Of a DNA stretch of 64,000 nucleotides, positions 14,111-33,439 are shown one piece after another. The stretch lies in assembly GCF_009914755.1 (NCBI RefSeq), contig NC_060947.1; one strand, given 5' to 3'. The position numbers and the translations under genes are program-made. Under the pieces are notes generated by a model. The model did no database searches. It worked only from the letters and a program-made list of their open reading frames with translations, and was not told the DNA's origin. The DNA comes from the human T2T-CHM13v2.0 reference genome, Homo sapiens. Numbering within the stretch: position 1 is the first letter of the stretch; each line of letters opens with the position of its first letter.

Positions 14111-14620
14111 TTGGAGTAGGCAGATAGCCAGAAATGAGCAGGCAAGGGAGCCCCATTGAGAAAAGAAGTCCTGAAGATGCTGTTTCACTGAGTCAGTGCT
14201 GCCTGTTGACAATCAGCGAAACGGACAATGAATACACACACTGTCCACACTGATTATGTCTAGCCTTGTGGTTGGGCTCCTCTAGCCCCAAAGGGGACTT
14301 CTCAGGCCCTCGCCAGAGATAACCACGCTAGGGATTTTCCCCACTGACAAGCATGCACACACTCCTCCAAAAACTTGCCCTATTCTTTTGCTCATTGTAA
14401 TAGTGTAAACAAACAAACAAACAAAAAAACCCACACACCCCTGGGTGGAGATTTTAGATGCCAATGAGATGTGGTATGTGTGCTAGCATGTACAACCAGA
14501 GCATGTGTGCCCAAAAAACCTCCCAAAACATACTTGCAAGTAAGACCCCCCCCATACACCCTTTCATGATTTATCACGTAGGAGTCTCAAAGTTCCCCAG
14601 CACTAGCTGCTGCTGGCTCT
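14111..14620 (+). mobile_element. ERV1 LTR fragment, LTR10-like
   Basis: Start ttggagtaggcagatagccagaaatgagcagg and internal cacacccctgggtggagattttagatgccaatgaga match recalled LTR10-family sequence. Confidence 0.6.
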
Positions 14621-15135
14621 TTGTTCCCTTGTGTTCGTGTGCATTCAGTGTTTAGCTCGTACTTATTGAGAATATGTGTTATTCGGTTTTCTGTTTCTGT
14701 GTTAGTTTACTTAGGATAATGACCTCCAGACTCATCCATGTTGCTGCAAAGGACATGATCTAATTCTTTTCTGTGGCTGCATAGTATTGTATTTCATGCT
14801 GTATATGTACCAAATTATTATTATTTTTTTTTTTGATATGGAATCTCGCTCTGCCTCCCAGGCTGGAGTGCAGTGGCACGATCTCCACTCACTGCAACCT
14901 CAGCCTCTGGGTTCAAGCAATTCTCCTACCTCAGCCTCCCGAGTAGCTGGGATTACAGGCATGCACCAGCATACTCAGCTAATTTTTGTATTTTTTAGTA
15001 GAGACGGGGTTTCGCCATGGTGGCCAGGCTGGTCTCGAACTCCTGACCTCTGGTGATCTGCCAGCCTCGGCCTCCCACAGTGCTGGGATTACAGGCATGA
15101 GCACCGCGCCCGACCTGTACCGCATTTTCTTTATG
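14621..15135 (-). mobile_element. L1PA/PB 3' fragment interrupted by an Alu (14815-15115, minus)
   Basis: L1 motif catccatgttgctgcaaaggacatgat; Alu flanked by degenerate TSD tgtaccaaatt / tgtaccgcatt. Confidence 0.9.
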
Positions 15136-16131
15136 CAGGATTGAGTTTTACAGGATATCCCAAAGTTTGTTTTTTTAAATGACATTTTCTTGCTGGGGAC
15201 AGTCAAGCTACAAATAAATTAAATCTAATAATTCTGTGTTCCGCTCTTTTCTTCACTGCTACATTTTGAAACAGAATATGATATTTTGATATTTCAAAGA
15301 CATTTTCTTTGTGTAACTTTAATATTGTTAACAATTCTCATAATGTCAATGACACTGATATTTCCAAAGAGTCCATCGGACTAATAAACAAGAAAATCAG
15401 CTCATAGATTATTCTGGCTGCGGAGTGAAAAATCTAGTTAATTTCTTCCTAAGACAAACATCTCTGTAAAATAACTTTCATAGGTTAAAGGTGACAATGA
15501 CCCTGAATTCATAAAATCAGCCAATTAATTGCTGCACAGTTTCCATTTCCATATCTTATGTAATGTCATCTCCCTGCCAGATAAGCTGAGCAACATTTGG
15601 GGGAGTACATGTTATTATTAATCTATCCCTGCTTATGGTTATTTTAAGAGTAAGTGATCAACGTACTCAATGTACTTGAGTTTATCTTTGAAAGAGAGAG
15701 GTAATGTAATTAGGGAGCTACTAAGTGCCTGGTGAAATGTATTGGTCGATTAGACAGATTTTAGGATGTTAATAAGAAAGGAAGGCTGCCTCCAATGCCA
15801 TGACACAGGGGAAGAGTCACCAAGTGGTTCAGAGGAGATTAGAATTCCTCTGACCTGCCTACTTGGTTTAGCTGTGACTGTTTACTTCTTCTAATGCAAC
15901 ACACGTATTTTAATCCAGTTAAATCTAAACCAAAAAAACAAATCTGCCATTCATACCCCAAGTAAAAATAGTGATGTTTCTGTATAATTTATATGCTTGG
16001 AGACAGCGTTTAATAAGTGTTGGCTTGATTTAAACAAACATCATTATCAGGTTTGAACACATTTAGTACATAAATATTTGGTATAGAAAAATCCGTTTGT
16101 TGCACAAAACACTGCCGTAAGAAACAGAGTT

Positions 16132-16480
<349 letters not shown>

Positions 16481-16791
16481 AAGAAACCGAGTTGACTGCA
16501 GGACTTTGTCCACCAAACACAGCTTCATGAAGTAAAATCTGAAAACAGGGAGCAGCCTATCAGGTCAGGTCTATGTCTTTTCCCTTCCCTCTGTGGCAGC
16601 ATGCATTTGCTTCCTGAATTATATTAGCCACAATCAGGCATACACGAATTACAACATGTGCTCTCAGTAAGAACTGGTCTGATTTACAAGAGAATTTGAA
16701 ATACTTTCTCTGCATTTGGGGCCAAAGCCCTCACTCAAACATGAAGCATGCTGTGTCACAGCATCCAGACCTTGTCCAGGGTACTACTTAC

Positions 16792-16869
16792 ATTATTGTT
16801 CTGCAAAACCCGCAGTGCCTTGTTGACATTGTTCAGGGCATGAACTCTTGTGGATCCTTTTTCTTTTGG
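16792..16869 (-). CDS. DMD: Dystrophin exon 4 (78 nt, phase 0/0): PKEKGSTRVHALNNVNKALRVLQNNN
   Basis: Minus strand reads ttttgttttgttctcag|CCAAAAGAAAAAGGA...AACAATAAT|gtaagtag. The peptide is visible inside ORF 16756..16938(-) and continues exon 3 in frame. Confidence 0.98.
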
Positions 16870-17699
16870 CTGAGAACAAAACAAAAGAGTGTTCACTGAC
16901 CAGCAGAGAGACCGACAATCTACTAGAAATGAAACCATTTATAATTTCACTATTAAGCTTGAATATTGTAAACGAACAGAGCCTGTGAGGCATTAATATA
17001 ATGAATCTAAATACTTTGCGCTAATTGTCCTTGGCCTGGTACGTTTTTAGCATAAACCAACCACTCTAAGAATGGCAACACTTTTTCTTTACAAAGCCTA
17101 TTTTGGTATGATTGTTTCTTCATTCTATAGCCCAGTTGGGGATTACTGCATGACCACCAATGACAGAAACATCAGCATGCATAAAAACATTTTCTAGTAA
17201 GATAGAAAAACAATTCCCAAACTTTTTAGAAAAATCTAAAGGAGATTTGACTCTAGCAAAATTATATAATGCCAAATAGGGTTAAAGGAAACCTTTTCTG
17301 TGAAGATTACCTTAATTGTCCTTGTCACTGAAGCTCTAAACCTCAATCACTTTGGTTCCCTAATTTTATTCTCAATCCCAAAAGTTGTATCTTATCCTGT
17401 AATTTTTAAACCAACATCTGCATAGTTCATTGTAATATACAAATTAACTCATTTATTAAGTTGTAGAGTTTTAGAAATTCTACCATTATGATAACCTGTT
17501 TTATTTACTCTCATTTTCATTTCTTTTACCTTACTACAAGCCCTTATTAGCTATTGCCCAGAGAAATCTAACCTCTTTCCCTTCTCCACTCACTCACCAT
17601 TTTTTTCATCCTTCCTTCATACCATCAACAATGACGTTCCTGAAGTAAGCCCACTGCCAATGCAAACCACTTGCAAAGTTCTCACCTAAACATTTGGGT

Positions 17700-18135
17700 G
17701 ATTATAGGTAACAGTTAAGGGCAAGAGCTACAAAGCTGACTGCCTGGGTTCAATTGTCAGCTCTGCTGTTTTTGTGCTGTCTGGCCTACATAAAAAATTT
17801 AATCTCCCTGTATACCAGTTTTCTCATCTGTTAAAAATGGACTTAATGAAAATATTAGCAAGAGGCATACACAAGTTACAACATGTGCTCTCAATAACAA
17901 CTGCTCTGATTTACAAGAGAATTCGACATACTTTCTTCTCTGCATTTGAGGTCAAAGCCCTCACTCAAACATGAAGCATGCTGTCTCACAGGATCCAGAC
18001 CTTGTCCAGGGCACTACTTATTGTTCATATTGCTCAAACCATTGTACATATGGTTTCTGGCAGAATTCAGTGTGTCGATATGCATAAAGCACTAAGATTG
18101 GTGCTTGTCACATAGTTGGTCCAACATAAATATTA
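17700..18135 (+). mobile_element. MIR split by the exon-4-junction duplicate
   Basis: ctgcctgggttcaa...ttctcatctgttaaaaatgg on the left; atgcataaagcact...cacatagt...ataaat on the right. Confidence 0.75.
17852..18026 (+). repeat. Dispersed direct duplicate of 16621-16801 (start of intron 4 plus last bases of exon 4)
   Basis: Manual alignment gives ~12 substitutions, one 3-nt and one 5-nt indel over ~165 nt. Confidence 0.95.
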
Positions 18136-18325
18136 TTGACTTCGTAGTATGTGCCAAGTACTTTGAATGCACTACCTTTAATCCCCGCCTTGCAAGGCAG
18201 TTAGTTTCATCCCTATTGTACAGAAGTGAACCTCAGGTTAAAATATCTAATATATAGATTACCATATAACTAATAATTGGTGGAGCCAGGACCCAAACTT
18301 TTGTCTGTGTCTGTAGAGCCCCAGT
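18130..18325 (-). mobile_element. MIR
   Basis: tatgtgccaagtact...ccctattgtacagaag...ggagccagga. Confidence 0.65.
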
Positions 18326-18630
18326 CTTGCAAATTTATTTCCTTCTTCTCTAACTACCTTGTGCATGCACCAAACAAATATCTATATTTCTGTGTCTTGC
18401 ATTTAACTCCTATACTTTCCAGCAAAGCTCCTGGTCTTTCTCAAGTAGTTCCTCACCCTAGAACTCCTTATCATTTGCACTGCCTGCTGAACAACCCAAA
18501 TTAAGCTAAAGCCATCTTACTCTCCAAGGTAACTTGCCTGATATCCTTTATAACACAGTATTGACATCTTGTTCCTTTGATTTCACAAAACATTAAGGCT
18601 AACCTTATGAACCAGAATCTCCATTTTTAC

Positions 18631-18692
18631 CTCTTAGATTTTCCTCCAAGAATGTCAGAATGATGTTGGTTTACATTCTGATATTTCTCCCA
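18631..18692 (-). other. DMD: Candidate 62-nt cryptic (poison) exon in DMD intron 3, possibly the reported exon 3a
   Basis: tttttttcctctttttggtggaaag|TGGGAG...TAAGAG|gtaaaa. The length equals the 62 nt I recall for cryptic exon 3a; identity is not verified. Confidence 0.55.
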
Positions 18693-18759
18693 CTTTCCAC
18701 CAAAAAGAGGAAAAAAATAAGACTTTAGATTTAAAAAAAAAAAAAAAAAAAAAAGCAAC

Positions 18760-19026
18760 AGCCAGACATTTGGGGAGGCTGAGGCAGGTGGCTCATTGAG
18801 ATCAGGAGCTCAAGACCAGCCTGGCCAACATGGTGAAACCCCATGTCTACTAAAAATACAAAACTTAGCCAGGCATGATGGAACATGCCTGTAGTCTCAG
18901 CTACTTGGGAGGCCGAGGCAGGAAAATTGCTTGAACCCAGGAGGCAGAGGTTGCAGTGAGCCAAGATCATGTCGCTGACTCCAGCCTGGGCGACAGAGTA
19001 AGATTCCATCAAAATAAAAAAAAAAT
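18760..19026 (+). mobile_element. Alu (5' partly deleted), preceded by a poly-A run
   Basis: ggaggctgaggcaggtgg...ccagcctgggcgacagag plus A-rich tail. Confidence 0.93.
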
Positions 19027-21734
19027 ACATGAAAGAAAAACAGCAAATAACCAATCTTCTTGTGTATATATAGATTGACAGTATACAAGTTTAATGGTAA
19101 TTATAGGACTTTAAAGTTTTGAAAATAATTACTCAAATCAGTTCTCTGCCTAGTAGTTAGACCAAAGCCACATATTTCCTTTCAATTATGTAATTATATA
19201 GTCACAAGATTTAGCAAAATTTTCCTTTGTATCATATTCAAACATTAAATGTACACATGTGCATATGTATTAGAACCAAACATAGTCTACTCTTTTAAAA
19301 AGCTGCAGTTTCTGATCCTGAAGTGGGAACTTAAAATCTGCCCCTATTAGAGTCTCCTTGGGGAGTATTTCTTATTTTATGATTGTAAGGCAAGTACCTT
19401 CCTTTTAACCCTGGGGATGTCCTGAGCCAATAATCCAAATGCAGATGCTTCTGAGTAGAATACTAAAATTTCTGTTCTATAGTATACATGCCTCCCATTA
19501 GGAGTAGAAGATATATCTCTACAGAAACTATTAGAATTCAAGACAAGGCATAGCGAATTGGAGTTCTGGGATCGGGAGCATTTGTTAGAGGTGATTCTGC
19601 TTTATGAGAAAGGCAAAATCCTCAGACCAGGGCTGACAGATCTGTGATTAGGACAAACAATGGTGAATGGATTCTGTTAGTAGCAGTATCTGAAATTATG
19701 TAATCTACACTGCCATGTGTAAATGTTTGGTGATTTTTCCCTACCACTAGCTTACCTTATACTGGCCAATCTCATGGATATTTTGTTTGATATTTTTTTC
19801 TTTAATGCTATTACTAATTAGGTTCATTTTGTCTTAGCGTCTATGTATGTATATGCATAAATGCAAATCATGTGGATTTTTTAATTTTGCCGAAATTAGT
19901 GGTTTTTTCTTTATATCAAATGGGTAGTGTGCCAACATCATAAGTTTAGAGAAAGGCTTATCTCATATCTGAGTATAAACACCCAAATCATGCTTATGAA
20001 TTACGAAAGGATCTGAAATTCATTATCTTAAACATTATGTATGAAATTTGTTAACCCTGACTAAATTGCTTTGGGTGATAGATGGATTGACTCAGTCAGG
20101 GAAATGACCAGAGGATTGCAACACAGGAGAAGTGATCACGCAGATACCTGGAAGTGAAGAGACAACAGCCTCCTAACAGAGGGCCAGGACAAGATGAGTA
20201 AGCCATAATCTTTGAAAGATTTTTCACGAACATTTGGAAGACACTGGGACTTCTGTATTCGGTAACAAAGTAGGACTGACTTCAGAATACAGGAGAAACG
20301 AGATACACAGACACACTGATTTCTGTACATATGCTACGTATCCATATATATGTAAATTGTTCACAGTCATAGGAGATGAATTACACACAAATCTATCTCT
20401 AACTAGTGAAATTAAGACCAAGTTTACATGATGACCTCAAATTGGCGCCCAGCAAACAGTTCAGCTATAAGGTATTAAATCTGATTTTCCCCCTTGACTA
20501 AAGTTATTATTTCAATATGTCATCAAGTTGTTCTTCTATTAGTACAAGTTCAGACTTCTTGAAAAAAATGGATCCGTTTTAGTATTAATCTCACATAGCT
20601 GAAGATAAAAAATGAAAGCATAGGTATGTCTCTTCTGTATAGGACTTCAGAATTTAATTGAGGAGGGATGTCAGTCATACATACACTAAAAACAAGACAA
20701 AAATGGGCCTTCTGTGGAATTTGGGAGGGAAAAATTAGCAAAGGTAATTTGGGAAAAGCTTTACTGAGGAGAAATCAAGGTTTCTGGCAGACAGTTGGGG
20801 TAGACAGAAGTACAAAAAGAAATACAGGCAAGTAAAATAATACAGGCAAAAACCCAGAGATATCTGACAATATATACCGAGAAAAGAGTGGCTTAGCGTT
20901 AAGTGTTACAGGAGGCAGGCTGGGGTAGATAGGATTTTTGCTAACTGACTTTGAACGACAGCTTCAGTTTGTATAATATGACAAAATCTGTGTGTGTCTG
21001 TGTGTGTATGTGCATGTGCTGGGGAGTTGTAATGAAGGGCAAAGATAAGAGACGAAGGCTATGATTTAGCAGAATTTGATAGGTAGAACAGTTATTTATG
21101 ACTATAGACTGGGGGCTTAAACTCTACTTTTTAGAATAGCAATCTAAGACGATTATTTCAGTCAGGGGATTTCAATTTGAGTTCTTTCCCCCCCCAGTGT
21201 AAGACCTTGATCAACATGACTTCACTGATCTGTAATCATGTATATCAATCATGTATCTTCACAGGAATGCTCTGAAGTTAGACAAGATAATAGTTCAAGA
21301 GGAAGTGATATTTTCATCACATATGCTATCACGTATTACACTATAATGCCTGTACCTTATTTTGCTATCCCACATGTATAAACTCATACAGGTTCCTTGT
21401 AAAATAACTTCAAAAATACACAAAAGTACAAAGATAATTTCTCAAGTCATTATGTATAAAAGCCTTCATTAAGATATTTGATAAGATAGATACCAAGTAG
21501 TAAAACTGAATAATATCTATTAATATAAATTGTATTACTGAAATTTTTACTTTTTCTGCAGGCGGTAGAGTATGCCAAATGAAAATCATACGAGGTTGCT
21601 TTACTAAGGAATAGGTATTGCTGTTTCAATCAGTACCTAGTCATTCTACTAGATGTCATAAAACTATGTTGTCAGTTTCTGGTCTGAAATTCTACTAAGT
21701 TTAAAGTTAACTTTCTTAAAAATAAGTCACATAC

Positions 21735-21827
21735 CAGTTTTTGCCCTGTCAGGCCTTCGAGGAGGTCTAGGAGGCGCCTCCCATCCTGTAGGTCACTGAA
21801 GAGGTTCTCAATATGCTGCTTCCCAAA
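21735..21827 (-). CDS. DMD: Dystrophin exon 3 (93 nt, phase 0/0), CH1 actin-binding domain: FGKQHIENLFSDLQDGRRLLDLLEGLTGQKL
   Basis: Minus strand reads ttttttttaatttcag|TTTGGGAAGCAG...CAAAAACTG|gtatgtgac. The translation contains the CH-domain motif DLQDGRRLLDLLE recognised as dystrophin. Confidence 0.98.
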
Positions 21828-22829
21828 CTGAAATTAAAAAAAATACACTCAATTTAACAAAGCACACTTCCAATGATACATTTTCACGATTATCCCCTTT
21901 TGAAAACTAAAGCTATATTTAAGGATAATTAGTGTGCATAATTAATCTGCCGAAGATGACGGATGAAAAAAGGAAAGTTCAAATGACAAAAAAAATTTAA
22001 AAATTTTATCATAGGTCAAGTCTATTTGAATTAGTTTGAATAGCAAGAGTAAGAGATTTATACCCTAAATGATCTAATTAATTCACTGAAATGAATATAG
22101 ATTCTATGAAGGAGAGAAAAAATACAGGCATGATCAAGGCAGTTACGGGTAAAGGGAAAAGTAAATACACAAAGAAGCAAAAGACCACAATCTACCTGGG
22201 TGGGTACATAAAGTTTAACCATTCTTGGAATATACCAGTCAGAGTGGTTCGACATCCTTATCACTCAAAACATGCTTGCTGTGCATACACATTTTGCATG
22301 CTATGACCTATTCTCATACTGGATAACTCAAATTTTAGGAATATCGGGTTTAATTAGGTTTGAAACAACCCTGTGAGAGCTTTTCATCTATTTTACTCAG
22401 TTCTTTGCTCAGGAATTATACTAAGGAAAAATAATAGTCAATAAATAATATTTAACATTTTTAACGTAAATACTCATGAGACACACTATTAAATGAGTGG
22501 ATTTCATAACCGTTGTGGCATTTCTGAGATTAGCAGTAACATACTTAACCTCTAAGTATCTCATGTAAGATGAGTATGTGGCTCTTTGTCATGAAACTAG
22601 AATGGGGTAAAGCCAAAATTATGGCTCAGATCTGTCTAATTCTGGGTTCTTGTTCTTTCAATCTTATGTTGCTTCCTTGTCCTTTTATAACCTACTATTT
22701 GATTATCTTTCTAACATTTGTCTTTCTTTTGTCATACTTCACCAAATCGTTTTCTGCTTAAAACCCTACAATCCCCTCATGAGGTAATTCCCAGCTTTTT
22801 CATCACCTATCTGGAAATCCCTAATTTAA

Positions 22830-23050
22830 TCAGTCAAAGACATATTGAGCATGAATAAACCTGAGCTAGGTACTGAATCATATGCTAGTACATCAGACAT
22901 AGGCCCAGACCCTATAGAACTTAGAGTCCAGCAAAGAAAATATTCCTAAAAGGTACTATTACATAGAAGCATTAGAAAGGACTAAAGAACATGTAACAGT
23001 GGGAGCTCTCACAAGCCTTGGGATCAACAAATACTTTCCAAAAAACGTCA
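22830..23050 (-). mobile_element. L2 fragment
   Basis: catattgagca...ctaggtactg...gaacttagagtc, typical of an antisense L2 3' end. Confidence 0.5.
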
Positions 23051-23470
23051 GGTGATGGGTCTAACATTAGCCTTTGGGTGACTGTGCTCTTTACATACAC
23101 TCCTTGGATCACATATAAACTTTGAATTTCACACAAGTCAAGAAAATCCCTGGTTTCCAGGCAAAAGACATCCCTTAAACTTCCACGATTAAAAACATAG
23201 GATTTAGACTATTCCTACAACCAGGTAGCCATGTCAATGACAAGACCTGTAAATGCCCGGGTACTTCAAGCAGGGAACAATGATACCTGCGGCAACCAAC
23301 CAGTCCCTGTGTGCCCAGCTTTGTGAATCCAGCCACATATATACTTAGACAAAAATTATGAGTTATTCTTTTGAAATTCTACTCAAATAGATCCATTTTC
23401 AAATTCCATGGGAAAAAGAACATAACACAAAACCCTAACATGCTAGAATTTTTAAAGAATAGCTTTACTA

Positions 23471-29245
<5,775 letters not shown>

Positions 29246-30285
29246 AACAAAGCAACTTTACTATACATAATATACACATAAATCTTAAAACAGTGCCATT
29301 TTAATGAAACTTTAAGGAAAGCTCTCTAGTAATAAGAAAATAAATTTACACTTTCTAATAGTGCTGCCAAGAACTTCATATCTAACCTGGAATAATTTGG
29401 TATTTTGAGTGTAATAATTTGTTTTTCAAATTGAATGAAGGTATACAATGCCATTAAAATGATGTGTTTTTTTCCCTCCTTTGGCCAGGAGCAAAATTTC
29501 ACACTTATCTGAGCAAAGCATGACTTTTAAACTCATCAAAAAATAATCTTATGCACTGCAATGTGTCCATTGTTGAAGAAAATATAGTTAACTGTTAACT
29601 GACAGAGATACTTGTTTTTATGAAAAGAAAAAATCCAGGGTAGAAAGTTGAAGTCTGTCAGACCAAGAAGTATGTGCGTGATAAACTGCTGTTTATTCAA
29701 AAAGAGGAGCAGAGACTGGGAAAGGTGAGAGAAGTCTTGGAGTACAGAATAAAACATGAATCCCAAAGCCATCAGGATCATATAGCATCCAAGACACAAG
29801 GACTACGTTTGGGTTTGGAGACAAAGTCTAGGCAAAGGTCAAAAACGCAGACAGAATCTTGCTTTGTGGGCCAAACTTAAATACATAGACCAAGGTCTTT
29901 TATAAGTCTTCTTTTAAAACTGGAGGTAACCAAAATGGAGAGGGAGTAAAGGATTATAGGTCAGGTAGGGGATTCCATGTACACCTAGCTGGGGCACCGA
30001 GAGAGAGAAAGCAGTGAGGTGATAGAGAAACAGTTCCTGCTATCGTATTATTTTCGAAACTCACAGAGTCAATGATATATTAAAGTATCACAATTGAAAT
30101 CCAATTTCTATTAGTCATATTCACCATATTCTCTAATAGAGTGCTTCTCAGAATATTCTACCAGAGCATCCTTCCAGGAAATGAAATTGAAGGAATTTAC
30201 CCTGGAGTCTGGCAGTATAAATTACACAGTGCCTGCAGGTTTTAAATTTCTTTGAAAGCATATACTTTATGCTAAAAATTCCTAG

Positions 30286-30633
<348 letters not shown>

Positions 30634-30914
30634 TTATGTAAAAGTAATTTTAAGTACTTTTGAGTAAAAATCTCCCCCACCCCCGTTCCCACGGTCTGAT
30701 GTGGTTTTTTTTTTAGTGAAATGTGCTACATTTAGCCTGTAACTTTATAGACCTTTCGGTGCTCAGTTTTATTCTCCCTGTAGTATGAATACCCCAGGTA
30801 AAATCTAACATACTATTTCTCTTGGATGGTTCTAATTTTCCTGCCTGCAACTTACTCTATAGAATTATAGATACTATAGCAAAAGTAACCCAAGTTTCAG
30901 AAGCAGAAATAGCT

Positions 30915-31110
30915 AACTTCTGAACTCAGGTCTCTCACTCACTCACTAGCTGTGTTATCTTGGGCAAGTGACAGCCTTTCTGAGGCACAATTTATTCACT
31001 ATTAGAATGGGGCTCAAATTATTACTCCAGAGCACTCCCGTGAGGTTCAACTGCAACACATAGGAACGTTATACAGATTTGGCAAATCGTATGCACTCAA
31101 TAAATATAGA
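30915..31110 (+). mobile_element. MIR
   Basis: cactagctgtgttatcttgggcaagtga core. Confidence 0.7.
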
Positions 31111-31187
31111 TTGATTTTTATGTTTCATTTTAACACTATTTGTCTGCATCTCTTTCTTTGACCAAATTCTAGGTGTAAAAACGTTTA

Positions 31188-31516
<329 letters not shown>

Positions 31517-32639
31517 GTTAAAGTCTTTTCGATAATATAAAAATATTATATTAGAAAGTGCAGAATACATGTAAAATGTTTTCTATTAGTTTGGCATCCC
31601 TGTGGGAGTGCAAGTCAATAGGGGAAGGCATTATTCCCTATACAATTACTAAAACTGGTGAATGCAGATGGTACAGAGGATGCACTTAGAAACTTGCTTT
31701 TTCCTCCCTTTTCTTGTTCTTTTGACTATTTTTAAGTATTCTTTTGTTGTTCTCCCCTTTCATCTTCAACATACACCATGTCTTTGTTGCAGGTGGCATT
31801 TTATATCCTAAGAACAATATTTTTTCTTTAAAATTCAACCTTTAATGGCTTCCTTTTCAAGTGTATGAGAACTATTTTGTGAAGCACACAAAACATGAAT
31901 TCCTCCTTGGGCCAGGCGACCCTGTAGCTCTCTGTCTTCAGTTCATTTTATGACTAAGATTTCCCTTATCAAGTGAACTGAGTGGATATCTGATATTACT
32001 CAGTTTAATGTATCTGCATATATATTGTCTTTGTTAACCCAAACCACAACACGAAAGGACCTAAAAACGAGACAGTATTCCTTCCAAATCCTTTTTAGTA
32101 TGAAATAAAGAAATACGGAAGCACAAACAGTGTTCAAAAAGAAACACAGATAGGTAGGTTGACAAGTGGCATAAATAAAGTGAACCAAATCAAAGTGGAA
32201 CAAATCAAAGTAAAAAAATTTGAGAAAGGAAATGCATTTGTGAAGGTGTTTAAGTGGTTTCTGATTCTTCAGAGTTGTATTGGTCTTTTAACCTGAAAAT
32301 CCAAAGGGATCAATACGTTTCAGTAGAAAGTAAAGAACACAGGGATAATTTAGCATGACCTTCTGATTACAAAAAGGACAAGCCATGGACATAACTGTCG
32401 CTAAGAAAGTCAAGATACTTCTGCAATTACAAATCCCTAGACATTGGAAACACCAAAAATATCGCAAATACCACAAAGAATTGCAAAACTGGGGATTCAA
32501 AACTTACTGAAGAACGCTGCTGACCAGCTCCCAGAAAAATAAGGCAACCCATTTTCATGTAAATAGGAAGCTTTCCGAGTTGATTTTTTTTTTGTTTTCT
32601 TAAATATGAGTTGGAAAAGGTATTGTATAATAAAGCAGT

Positions 32640-32860
32640 ATTCTGTTGCGGAATAATATACATAGAGGAAAGTACACGTCTTAAGTGTACAGCTCAATGA
32701 ATTGTCACAAACCGAACATATTTATATTACCAGCATCGAGATTTAAGAAACAGAATATGATCAACACCCTAGCAGCTTCCTCACACCCCCTATGTGGAAG
32801 CTCCCCTCAAGAATGGCCACTATGACGACTTGTGGCATCATAGGTTAGTTTTCTCTTGAA
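32640..32860 (-). mobile_element. L1ME 3' fragment
   Basis: cttaagtgtacagctcaatgaatt motif. Confidence 0.65.
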
Positions 32861-32999
32861 AGGAGTCACCTAAAGATAGAAAAATGCTGGTTTTGTATTT
32901 TGAGTTAGAATACTAGTGACTGAAATACATTAGATTTATGCAGAGGGAATTTAGAAAAAAGTCACACTGATAAAATATGCTTTGGAAAACACGGGGGAA

Positions 33000-33222
33000 T
33001 GGTATGATGCCATGAATAAGAATGTTGACTGTACACCCAGAATGCCTTGGGTTCAACTCCCAGCTCTGCAGTGTGATCTTGGGCAAGTAACTTCTCCGTG
33101 CCTTACTCTTTTCATCTATAGAAAGAGCATGTATCATTACCTATGTTGTGGTGATATTGCAAAGATTTAAGTGAACTTAGTATGGCACTTTGTAAGATAT
33201 ATTCTGTAAGTGTTAGCTATCA
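33000..33222 (+). mobile_element. MIR
   Basis: gggttcaactcccagctctgc...tgtgatcttgggcaagtaactt...tcatctatagaa. Confidence 0.75.
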
Positions 33223-33439
33223 CACGTTTATTCCAAACTTTCTAAGCCAAATAATCCATATCGTCTATAACTTTCCTTGTAATGTTGGCCTCAAAGTAAC
33301 AGAAGGGACCAACTTCAAAATATGAGAATTAAAAGGGTTAATAAATGTAAGATGTCTGGTATGGTACCTAGCATAGAAAATGCTCAATAAAAACATTAAA
33401 TAAATTACATTCCCTCCTGTTAAATGTTATCACCTGGAG

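Noticed and set aside
16756-16938. 60-aa ORF as a standalone gene
   Set aside because: Only 16792-16869 is coding (DMD exon 4); the rest is intronic read-through.
21550-21600. Plus-strand acceptor-like tttttctgcag near exon 3 suggesting an antisense exon
   Set aside because: Single motif with no supporting ORF or partner exon.
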